This document shows positions 36,058-47,329 of a DNA stretch of 64,000 nt, in pieces (position 1 is the first letter of the stretch; the number at the start of each line of letters is the position of its first letter). A model generated the notes under the pieces. The model had not been told where the DNA came from, made no database searches, and worked only from the letters and a program-made list of their open reading frames with translations. This stretch comes from Monocercomonoides exilis PA203 (Eukaryota; Protista; Preaxostyla). The position numbers were made by a program, and so were the translations under genes. Location of the stretch: assembly GCA_001643675.2 (NCBI GenBank), contig LSRY02000032.1, positions 620,001 to 684,000 of the forward strand, given 5' to 3'.

Positions 36058-38397
36058 ATGACAACTGCACCTTTAATGGTAACTGTTTCCGGTGTGAGGG
36101 GAATTGCTCACAAATCCCTTACAGTTGAGCTTGTTGAGACATTTGTTGGAACATTTGCAGCTTATTTGGTTTGAAATATTTTTCTGGTTTCGTATTGATA
36201 TTTCATTGAAATTTAACAGCAACGAAGAGATCCTTCAAAAAAACTAAGAATTGTTCTTGGAAGGGATTCTCGTATTAGTGGACCAGAATTTGAAAAAGTT
36301 GTTGTTGACCTTTTAACTTCTTTACATTGCGATGTTTACAATCTTGGAATCTGTCCAACTCCAACGGTATGAAGGACATTTTATTTTGATTGCATTATTT
36401 CATTCTTTTATGAAAGGTTCAATTCATGGTAATAAAACTTGGATTCGAAGGAGGACTTATCATTACCAGCAGTCATAATCCAACTGAATGGAATGGATTG
36501 AAATTTGTTGATTCAGATGGATTGTTCTTGTCACCACCGCGCTGTGAAGAAATGTATGCGTTGTCACGAACTCATACGAAGGAAACACCAGTTTTCACAA
36601 GAGATACCGATGCATCAAAGTTTGGAAAAGTTACACCGGTTTGCTGAAACGCTTCTCTTACTATTTAAGAATATTTTATCAAAATCTTTAACAGTATCCT
36701 CAAGCAATGCACGATCATATTTCCGCTGTTCTTTCTCTTAAATATATTTCTGTCGAAATGATTCGGGTTTGCAATGAAATATTATTATTCTTTTAAGTTA
36801 GTGTGCAATATATTTTCAAGTCGGCAAAAATTCGTGTGTGCATCGATACAATCAACGGTGGAGGATCTGTCTATGTTCCAGAACTTCTTCGGGAAATGGG
36901 CGTTGAAATCGTTGGATCATTAAACACTGGTATGAATAAACTTATTTTGCTTAGTATTTAAATTTTTTTCAAAAAATGACTGTAATTTTTTTATGCTTTT
37001 CATCAAATTCTGCTTGTTAAATATGCCATTATCTTCAATATGTGTTCTCCATTCCTTTTTTTTTTTTAATGAAATCATTTACAAACGACAAAAGAGCCAA
37101 CTGGAAGATTTGCACACGAGCCAGAGCCAATTCCTCAGAATCTGAAATCCCTGTGTGAATTGGTTGCTAAAACAGAATGTGATCTGGGTTTGTTAAGCAA
37201 TATTCAATTTTCATTTGAATTAATTCATTTCTCTTTCTCTCTCTTTTTTTTATTTCATTGATAAATGATTGCCTTCAGGTATTGCTGTTGATCCAGATGC
37301 AGATCGTCTTGTGCTCGTGAATGAGAAAGGAGAGCCACTTGGTTTGAATCTTTTTTTGTCACTCGTTAAAAATTAAACAAAATGATTCCAAATTTATTTT
37401 ATGATGACAAATGAATGAATTTTTATATATGACAATTCTTTTTTGAAATAAAAATGGAATTTCAGGAGAGGAGTATACCCTTGCACTGTGCACAGAAATG
37501 ATGCTCAGCATCGGCGGAAAGAAGGGAATTGTCTGCAAAAACCGCTCAACAACAAGAGCAATTGATGGTTCGTGTAAAAATAATATACTTTTTTCTTCTT
37601 GGAAAATTTTTGAGTTTATAAACTTGTCATTCTTATTTAATGTTCAACTCATTTTGCTCAAGTTTTTTATTTCTATTATTTGTTATTTTCTTCTTTTTAC
37701 TTCTTTTTTTATTGTTTTGGTTTCATATTTTCATCTTTCTTCTTTCTTTTATTTTTTTTTTCTCTCTCTTCAATAACAATCTCACCCTCAATCAACCCCA
37801 AAGACATCGCCCACAAATACGGCTGTGAGTGCGAGGCGTCTCCAGTGGGAGAGGCAAATGTGGCAGCGCTGATGCTGAAGACGCAGGCAGTCTTTGGCGG
37901 CGAAGGCAACGGCGGGGTGATGCTTCCTGATGTGCACATTGGACGAGACTCGCTTGTCGGCCTGGGGCTGGTGATGCAGCTGCTTGCCCATTTCAAGCTG
38001 AGCAAAGCGGCAGAGGATCAGAAGGCACACACAGCTATCAGCGATCTGAAGGCTACCCTGCCGCAGTATGAGATTGTGAAGGACAAGATCCCGCTCTCTG
38101 CGTCTGTGACGGCAGAGCATGTTGATGAAATACTTGCGAAGATTAAAACTGAATGGGATTCGAAGTTTGCTTTGATAATTATGACATATTTTATTGGATA
38201 TTTTTTTTTGACGTATTACTATTCTTTTTAGAGCAAAGACTTCAACTATTGATGGATTATTTATTGAGACTCCATCTTGGTGGGTTCATCTCAGAAAAAG
38301 TAACACTGAAAAAATTGTCCGAGTGATCGGAGAAGCTCACACTCATGAAGAGGCAAAAATGCAATGCGAAATGTTTCATCATTATTTTGACGAATAA
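36058..38397 (+). CDS. Alpha-D-phosphohexomutase (phosphoglucosamine/phosphomannomutase), bacterial type, 10 exons
   Basis: Motifs VSGVRG, GRDSR, PTPTV, ITSSHNP..WNGLK (phospho-Ser loop), DPDADR (metal loop), GGEGNGG..HIGRDSLVG and WVHLRKSNTE. Nine GT-AG introns join in frame; TAA at 38395-38397. Confidence 0.95.
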
Positions 38398-38586
38398 ATG
38401 CGTGGTATTTATGCAGATTTCGTTTTGAATCAAAATTTTGATTATGGAAAAATGTATTTTAACCATAGTAATATTTATTATTCTTATTTTGGCATAGTGA
38501 AACTTTAAAAAATATTGATCGAATAGGAGAGAATTGTTTAACATTTTTGAAATATTCTTTATTTTTTGTTTTTTCATAAATATTTA

Positions 38587-39768
38587 ATGAAGACCCCTCC
38601 TGGAATCTTTACACCAAAGGAATCATGTGTTGAATTTGACTCAGACAGTTTGGAATTTGAGTCACCAATTTACAGTAAGCCTTATTCAGACCCCGTTTGT
38701 TCTTTGCTCATAACCCCACCAGGACTACAAGGTGGAGTCCGTGTTTCTACTCCTTCTTCTACATTAGTCTCAACACCAGGGAGTGTTTTGCACATTGAAA
38801 GTCCTGCTTCATCTCTTGGAAGATCCCCTCTTCCTTTTTTGATTACAAAAAGGAAGTTCGAAGATGAAGAAGAAGAAGAAATCTTTGAAGAGGAAAGCGA
38901 AGATGATGATCCTGCATTTGACAGGAAGCCCATTACCGATGAGGTTATTTATGAGGCTTCAAATGTCATTGCAACGATAGCAACGACGGCTAATACAGTT
39001 ATTGATCCATCGTTAAATCATTTATTCTTTGCTGACTCTCCTTCGACCCATTCTCTGGAAGATGACATTAGAGATAATGCCCATTTAAAAGTTGAGGACA
39101 CAATATGGAAAACCTATGCGGAGCTTTCAGCAGATCCGAAAAAACTACTTAAAAATCCACTTATCGTTGCTGCGAAAGACCTTTTGTTTATGCTGCAAAA
39201 GCAATTTTTTATAAGCTACACAGAAGTTGTTCAAGGCATTGTTCTGTTTTCGCGTGTATGTTTATCGATTAAAAAGAATGCAACTCGCGAAAACAGTGGC
39301 AAACGTAATTTTGCAATTGGACTTTTGAAAGATGGAAGCAAAACACGTGAAGGAATACGTCGTTTGAAAAATCCAAGTTGTAGTCCTTCCGTTGGAAGCG
39401 ACCAATCTAGCACTTTGCCAGAGCTTATACGTCGAGAAGTTGTTGACTGGCGGCTTGTTCTTATTGTATGCTGCATGCTGGCTCACAAAGGAAATGCGGA
39501 TGAAAGCCTTTACACTAGATGGTTTGGAGATGTTTTCGGTGTTAGCATCAAGGAAATGAAGAAAGTTGAGTTGATGGTTCTGGATGCTGTTGAATGGATG
39601 ACAATCGTGCATGGAGATGAATACTCTGAAATGGACAATACGATCAAAAGCGAAAAGGCAAACATTTTATCTCTTCCTTCTCCTCAAAATCCAAGTACAG
39701 AATATTTGGCAACTTCACGTAATGATATCTCCACTTCGGCTCCTCTTTCTGTTGTTCTTTCAACTTGA
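38587..39768 (+). CDS. PHO80/cyclin P-U family cyclin (single cyclin box), intronless
   Basis: WRLVLIVCCMLAHKGNADESLYTRWFGDVFGVSIKEMKKVELMVLDAVEW is the PHO80/CycU-type box. First ATG is 38587. Confidence 0.8.
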   Translation: MKTPPGIFTPKESCVEFDSDSLEFESPIYSKPYSDPVCSLLITPPGLQGGVRVSTPSSTLVSTPGSVLHIESPASSLGRSPLPFLITKRKFEDEEEEEIFEEESEDDDPAFDRKPITDEVIYEASNVIATIATTANTVIDPSLNHLFFADSPSTHSLEDDIRDNAHLKVEDTIWKTYAELSADPKKLLKNPLIVAAKDLLFMLQKQFFISYTEVVQGIVLFSRVCLSIKKNATRENSGKRNFAIGLLKDGSKTREGIRRLKNPSCSPSVGSDQSSTLPELIRREVVDWRLVLIVCCMLAHKGNADESLYTRWFGDVFGVSIKEMKKVELMVLDAVEWMTIVHGDEYSEMDNTIKSEKANILSLPSPQNPSTEYLATSRNDISTSAPLSVVLST

Positions 39769-40388
39769 AATTTTGTTTGATGTTTTAACTTGTTCTTGTG
39801 GAAGAATAAAACATCTTGTATCGAATTATGATGCGTTATATGTAAGCTGTTTGCTTATTATGCTGTTCTTTTTGGAATAGTTAATTTTTAATAATTACGT
39901 TAATCATTCGCTTTCATATTATTTCAAGAAATTGATCATTTTTGAATTTCTTGTATTTTTCTTTAATTATTGTGATGTTTATAAACATTTATTTTCAATT
40001 TTTTGTATGTTATTTGAGAGCCAATTCATCAATGCGTATTTTTATTTTTATTTTTTTTATTTAAAGGCACAAGATGGTTCTGGTCGATTTGAACTGTTAA
40101 ATATCAAGAATCATCCATTTTTATTGTAATATTATTTTTTGTTGATGAAAAAATGCTTCATAACTCAAAACATAAGTGGAGATTCAAAGAAAAATGAAGT
40201 GACTTTAAGATAAACTAAATTGTGGATTATACAAACTACCAATTATCAGTTTGAAAATCTAATGAGTTGATATAAAGTTCAGAGCATGTCAATCCAATTC
40301 AATTAGGTTGATATTTAGTAGAGCAACAAGAGAGAGTGCGTATCAGTGCGTGAGGAGTTTGAGTGAGAGCAACAGAAAGATATTTATT

Positions 40389-43300
40389 TTACAAAGCGCT
40401 TCCTCCCAGTTTCGTTCCCTCAGGGTCTGCCGACTCCTGAAGGGCAAGATCCTCCGGCGTGGTTCCAGCAGCCAGCATTGATAAGGTTCGCCCTGTCAGC
40501 AGCTTCCGCGTCCTCTCCACGCCTTCGTGTCTGCACAGCTTCTGCGGCGAGAACGTGGCTGGCCGCAGCGCAAGCGAGTCTCGTGTCTCTGCACGCGACA
40601 TGAGCATCAGGATTCGCGATGGTACTTGCCCTGACAGAATCTCCTGTGCTTCGGCTGCTTCTCGCTTCTCTTGCAGCTTTGAAATACGGATGGACAATTC
40701 GGATGGTGGGGTGGCTGGGGTGGTTGAAGAAAGAAATTGAAATAGAGTTAGAAAAGATGAAGGATGGATAAATAAGTAGGTTCAAAAGAAAAAGTTTCGG
40801 ACACAAAATAAGAAAAAGTGAAATTTCAAATAAATTTACATCATAATAAATGACAAATTCGAAATATTGAGCACACGTTTTTGATGTCTCACTGACAGTC
40901 CCCATCTTCCTTTCTTTGCCATCTTCTGCACTTCCTGCACTCTTCTCTGTCTTTCCATCTCTCTTCTCTTCAGCCTCTCGTCTCTTGCTCTTCTTTCCTC
41001 CTCCTTCTTCAGCTTCTCCTGCTCTGCTTTGCTCAAAGGCACCTGCTGTGCAGAAGCTGATTGCCTTCTTTGTGCCATTGCTGCGGCTGCTGCTGCTTCT
41101 TCTGTCTCCTCAAACGAATGCCCATACGTCTGCTGCGTTTGCCCCATCTCGTCCATTCCGCTGTTGTATCCTTGCCCTTCCTCTGCATTCGCTGCCTCTT
41201 CCTCTGCGCTAATCTCCTTTTCTCTTTCATTTACCTGCTGTTCTTGTTCTTCTTGCTGCTCCTGTTGTTGCTGCTGCTGCTGATGTGGGTCATAATACTC
41301 TTCTTGGTTGTCTGCAGGTTTCTGTTCTCCTTCCCAGTTTTCATTTTCGTTTCCTTCTTCCATCTGCACTTCTTCTTCTCCTCTCACAGCATCACCCTGA
41401 ACATTCCCTTCTTCTCCATTCATCATCGCACCTTTCTCATTCCTCAGCTCCTCCTCTGCCACTTCTCCTTCTCCTTCTCCTTCTTCCCTGTCTTCCTCAA
41501 AGTGTAGTGCAGCCGGTGCTGTCATTGCTGAAGGCTTCCTCTGCCCATCAGCTGTCATCCTCTGCTCCTCCTCTTTCTTCTTCTGTGCCGACGACAGAAT
41601 CACCTTCAGTGCAGCAGGGGACATCACACGCTGTGCCCTGTCTTCGTTCAGCCACCCCAAAAGAGACTGCTCTGACGTCATTGCCATCCGCTGCTTCTCT
41701 TTCGGCGCTCCCGACGCCTCAAACTCGAAGGCATCGCCGTATCCATACGCCTCCCCATACATCCCATCCACAGCTGCCATCCCGTTCATTTCTGCATCCT
41801 GCCCTTCCTTTCTCAGCCTCTCTCTCTCCCTCTCTTCTTCTTCCCTCTCTTTCTCCTGCTCCTTTTCGAACTTCTCCTCCTCTTTCGCATATTCTGCAAG
41901 AATGGCACGTGCCAATGCTGTTGCAGGTGAAGGCGGATGTTGGAATCCCCCATCCTCTTTCAGATACGACAGAAGCTTGCTCTTCTTCCCCTTTTTCGTC
42001 TGCAGCATCGAACTTCCAGTAGAATTTGCTGACATTCCAGTTGCACCACCAGCAAGCGACGAGCGGTCAGTGGCTCCTCCGTTGATTGAAGTTGAAAGGC
42101 GGCCTGTGCCAGAGCGAGTGCCGCTTGCTGTCTGCATCATTCCGTCTCTGCCTTGTTTCTGTGTGACCTCCTTCAGTGTTGTCAAGAGGATGTTCTCTTC
42201 TTCAGGGACAGCATCTGTACCCTTCCTCGCATCGCGGTCTTCGCCAGATGCTGTCTGAATGGTTGTTGAGGTTGACGCAGAAGCAGAAGTAGCCCCCAGA
42301 ATGTCAACTGTTCCTCTTCTGCTTTTTGTAGTTTCGCCTGCTCCTCCATTCCCAGCAGCACCTTGTCCATTGCCTCCTTCCTTCTTATTCGTCTTCGAGT
42401 AAATTGACCCAGTCAGCACGCCCACCGACCGCAGGATCGCTGAGTGTATCCCAATCGTCTTCTCCTTCATCCGCCTCGCCTCTCGCGGCGACTGTGGCTC
42501 TTCCCACATCGCCTCTGCATCGTCTGCCGGCGGTTCGTTCTGCTGTCCGCTGAAGGAGTTCGAGTGGCTGAGTGGGGAGACGCCGTATGTGGGTGGATTT
42601 GGCATCTCGGCGCTGGTGGTGGACATACGCAGACGAGAGGCAGGAGACCCAAGCCCAGCTTGAGTGCCTGTCGACGGGGAGATGGAAGAGACTGCCCAGT
42701 TGTGGCTGGAAGACATGGGGGAGATCGAATTAGAAGGAGAAGTGGAAGGCAATTGTGTGCCGAGTGGGGCTCCAGCGGGAGAGCGCGATGTCTGGTCGCG
42801 GGGGAAGCCAGAAGCAGAATTGCTTTCGTTGGGCGACTCGTCTGTGTGGGGCACGATGATTGGCTGGGGCACTTGTGAAAGCTGTGACGCTGAATAGGCA
42901 TATGAGGAAGCAAATGAAGAAGTTGAAGAGTTGTTTGAAGAAGTGTCTGGCACAAATGTTGCTTCCACAGAAGGAACAGGAGTTTGATACTGCCAGTTTG
43001 AGTGTTCTTCTGCGGGTGTTGCTGGATACGATGCCTGCTCTGCTGCAAGTGCTGTGGTTGTATCTGACTCATTCAATGAAGATGGCATCTGGGAAGCAGA
43101 AGCAACAGAAGCAGAAGAATCGGAAGTTGACAGAGAAGTTGAGGAAGAGGTCGAAGAAGAAGAAGAAGAAGGAAGAGCAGAAGAAGGGGCTGTGTAATCT
43201 TCGTTGGAGGAGTTCGAAGTTCTGCTGGCTTCCTCATCCACCTCGTCTATCACATCCTCCACAGTCAGATGCCTCCGAAGCGATCCAGTTTGATAGCCAG

Positions 43301-45370
43301 ATGATGAAGAAGTCGAAGAAGAAGCTATGACATTCCGCTTGAACTGTTCCATGTCAGGCGATGTCTGCGACTCTGGTGAGGAAGGCTCCGAAGCAGGAGA
43401 AGTTGAATCTAAAGCAGAATCTGAGGCTGAGGCTGAGGCTGATCCTGTGGATGAGGATGAGGCAGAAGCAGAAGCAGATGCAGAAGAAGACACAGGTGTC
43501 TGATTCTGCCCCTGTGAGCGCTGAGTGGAAGAGGAGAGGGGATAAGACTCGAATGAAGAGTGTTCAGTGATTGGCTGCTGTGGTGTTGACAAGGGAGCAG
43601 AGAGAGGATTCTGGTTGGGAGAGGAAGGGCGCACGGGAGTGTGGGTTCCGCTGTGCAAAGGAGATGACTTGGATTTATAAGGAGAAGGCGTTGCGTTGGA
43701 TGAGGAGGAGGAAGAGGAAGTGGAAGTGGAAGTGGAAGAAGATGATGATGATGCTGTTTGTGGAGTATTCTGCTTGTTTTTCAGAGAAGATGCAGCAATT
43801 GCAGCCTTTGTCTTTCTGTGCTGTTCTTTCCTTTCCTGTCTCGAGGGATATTTCAGCAGATTGCGCTGTCCATTCAGAAGAATATCGAATTGCTGAATGG
43901 AAGGCGGAAGAGGTGGAGGAGGTGTTGAATATGAAGGAGGAGATGACGCAAAAGAGGAGGAAGAGGAAGGAGTCGAGGAAGAATACGGCGAAGTGATCAG
44001 CGACGACGATGAAGGCATCGAAGCCAAAGGAGAAGAAGATGAAGAGGATGACAGATAGCGTCTTTGCTGAGTGGGTGTTAGTGACTCTTCGATGATCCCG
44101 TCTTCGTCTGGCTCTGATGTGTGCATCCCTCTTGTCCCTTCTGCATCCATCTTCGCATACTTCTGCTGCTTCTCGGCTTCCTTCACACGCTGTGCCTCTT
44201 CAGCCCCAAAAAATGCGAAGTAGATGGGAACTGCCTGTTCTTGTTCTGTCTGCTGCTGTTGAGGTGTGTAAGAGGCATTTGCACCGCCTTGTCTGATCAG
44301 CTGCGATCTTCCTCGGAACCTTCGGCGAGAAGGTGTTGGACGCTCCTCTAAGGGGGGAAATATGTTGAGTTTTTGTATTTCAACAGAAGAATTTACAAAA
44401 AAATGATGAAATTTTCAAATGGAATTATGTTCACATAAGTTTTAAAAAAAAAACAGTACAAATTTTATGAATAAAATTTGATTGGTTCAATATAAAAAAT
44501 GTCAAACCTTGACGTTTCTTTGATTTGCTTGGGGTATTTGGGACTTCCAAGCTACTTCTTGCAAGGGCAATTGGCGAGCGCGTCGAAGATTGTGTTGTTG
44601 TTTCATTTGAAGTGTAGGCTGATCGATGAGAACTATCGTACGGAAGATATGATGGCGTTGAACCTCGTCGCAGTGACTTTTCCAGTTTTTCTGTTCTTTC
44701 TTCTTCAATTGGAGTGAGAGACGGATTCTCTGGTTGGAGGACCGCGACGCAGAAAGGATCACTTCTCCATGTTTCTGTTTCGTCAAGTAATGATGAAGAA
44801 ACTTGAGTTGAAGATTTAACAGTTTCTGTGGATGATGCTAAGAGAGACGATGTTCTCAGTGGTGATTTAAATGTTTGAGATTTTGAAAGTGCCTTTTGTG
44901 GTGTGTTAGGACCACTAAACGGATGAACTGATTTGTGATTAGTTTTATCTAAAATTAAAGGAATTGTCATCAAATCACTTGAAAGCTGAGAAGGTGGATT
45001 TCGAATATGTTCTTTATCATCAAGCAGCTCTTCGTAACTTCTAATATAAACTTGGGGAGAAGAATTCTCTTGTTCTTAAAAGATAAAAAAGATTATTTCA
45101 AATTTTCAAATTTAAATAAATTTTCAAGAATATCAACCTTGTGGAATTTCTTCAATCGGTCTTATATTCTCTTGGTATTCAATGTAATTCGCTGGATCTG
45201 GGATCTAAATATAAATAACGAAGAATTAATTGATAAATAATAATTATATAAATCTTCTGAATTTGAACCTGTTTAATTTTTTCTTCCAATTCAAGGAGTT
45301 TAGCCGCAATTTCTTCACGATCTTGTCTTTGTTTTTCTATTCTTTGAAGATATTGTTCCTCTTCTGACAT
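40389..45370 (-). CDS. Large Ser/Glu-rich low-complexity protein of unknown function, about 5 exons
   Basis: ATG at 45370 (MSEEEQYLQRIE). GT-AG joins link the ORFs at 45179-45373, 44431-44973, 40836-44186 (open upstream to about 44347) and 40389-40697. The last junction is less certain. Confidence 0.7.
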
Positions 45371-46639
45371 CAAAAAACTGATTTATAATCTTAGAAAGTT
45401 GGTTTTTCAAAAGCAAGGAAATTATTAATAATTTCAAAATAAAATAGGCGTAAAGATTGTCTTTATTCCAGATGCTTTCAAATATACGCAAACAAACTGC
45501 TTTCAACTGAATAATTAAACCAATAGTGATCAGAAATCCGAATAGTAAGATTATTGATCAAAGACACTTTTTTCATTGATGAAAAAAAAGTCAAAAAATC
45601 AAAATTTTTTGGGTAATAATAAAATTTTGTTGAGAATTTGCAACCAAAGCACTTTCTTTTTCCATGAAAGGAGAATATTTTAAATATTTTATTTTTCTTG
45701 TGAAATAAATATTGATAAACATCAATGCAGAACTGAAAGAAAATTAAATCAATTGTATTATTATTTTTCTATGACGTTATACTGACAGAATTATAAATAC
45801 TAGGATGTTTCGGAAATGGAAAAAAAAATGGTCAAAACAACATTTTAATATATAAAGAAATTTGTGTACACAAAACCAAAGACAATACATACGTTGAAAC
45901 TATAACAGAATGTCTGAAATGTGTGTTTGTGGAATGTTTCATAAGAATTATAAATGAACTTCAAATCGGAATGTGAAAAAGAATTTCATAAAAAAAAAAT
46001 ACTTTGAACAATAGAGCAGGCATACTGGTTGCATTTTCCTTTTGATGCAACAATTAAAGTATGGCAGCACAGAAAGAAAAGACAAGATAGAAAAGAAGAA
46101 TATAACATCAAAGGAACGAAGTAAAACCAAATGTCTTGTAAACAAAATCTGTTGGAAAACAGCAGAATCTGACGGCATTGGCGATAACAAATCAAAAAAA
46201 AGCCCAAGAAAGAGTCTCGTAAGAAATGAAGTGAAGACGACCAAAGAAAAGAAAAGAAAAATGATTAAGCTCATTTTAAAAAGAAGAAAATTAAAAAAAA
46301 AAAAAGACCAGAAATTTTCAGTTGCCTTTGTTATATGGTGTGTATTTCTTCAGAAATGCTTTCCTTTGCGCCTCCACTTCCATTTCTTGCGAGAATAACT
46401 AACACTTCTCTCTCTCGTTTCTTGCTTTGTATTTCTCGTTCAAGCAGAACAAGGAATCACCAAAATTATTATCGCCAATAAAATTGTCATTGTTATTATT
46501 ATTAGTATTATTATTATTGTTTTAATTATTGAAAAATAAGATTTGCATGACCCGTTCTTCAACGTCATCCCATGTTTGTCTCTTCAAAACAAAATCTGAA
46601 ATTCTTTCACGAAATATAAATTTCCCTTTTTATTTATCT

Positions 46640-46765
46640 CTCTCTTTCTCTTTCTCTTTCTCTTTCTCTTTCTCTTTCTCTTTCTCTTTCTCTTTCTCTT
46701 TCTCTTTCTCTCTCTCAATCCAAGCAACTCTAACTCTAATCTTAATCTTAATCTTAATCTTAATC
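46640..46765. repeat. Adjacent hexamer microsatellites (TTTCTC)n and (TAATCT)n
   Basis: Directly visible tandem units downstream of the gene that ends at 46945. Confidence 0.9.
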
Positions 46766-46944
46766 CAAACTCTAACCCTATCCTTCCTTCTCCTCTCCAC
46801 CTCTTCCTCTTCCTCTTCCTCCTCTTCTCTCCACACTTCATTCACGCAAGCCGGAATACTCTCCATTCCGTCTTCTGCTGCTCAAGCAGCGAGTTCGTCT
46901 CCACACTGCTGTGGAGACATGAAGATCAGCACTATGCTGTTCTA

Positions 46945-47296
46945 CTAATTGCTCATATTCATATTCATATTCACATTTGCATTCGAATTGGCACTTGTAT
47001 TTGTGTCAGTATTTGTATTAGTGTTCATATTTGAGTAAGTGCTTGTGTTAGCATCCTTTGATGCACCTGCAGCCATCGTGGAAGGGTCAGCAGAGGAAGG
47101 AAGGGGAGAATACGAGGAAGACAGCAGGATGTATGGCGATGCAGTCTGCTGAGCAGGGGAGAAGCCGACAAGACGGAACATCGGCTGCATTGAGGTCTGT
47201 AGGGCAGACATTGAGTATGGAGAGAGGGTTGTCTGGGAGGAGGGGGAGAGGGCAGTGCCTAATGCAGAAGAGGAAGAAGAGGAGGAAGAAGAAGAG

Positions 47297-47329
<33 letters not shown>

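Noticed and set aside
46870-46940. Hammerhead ribozyme in the hairpin array
   Set aside because: The core motifs CUGANGA and GAAA are not present in the required arrangement on either strand.
46942-46947. TAA/TAG reassigned to Gln, as known in some oxymonads and other protists
   Set aside because: Conserved genes end at the expected place with TAA (RPA49, mutase, RPB10) or TAG (TEX9), and long ORFs contain no in-frame TAR. The standard code fits.
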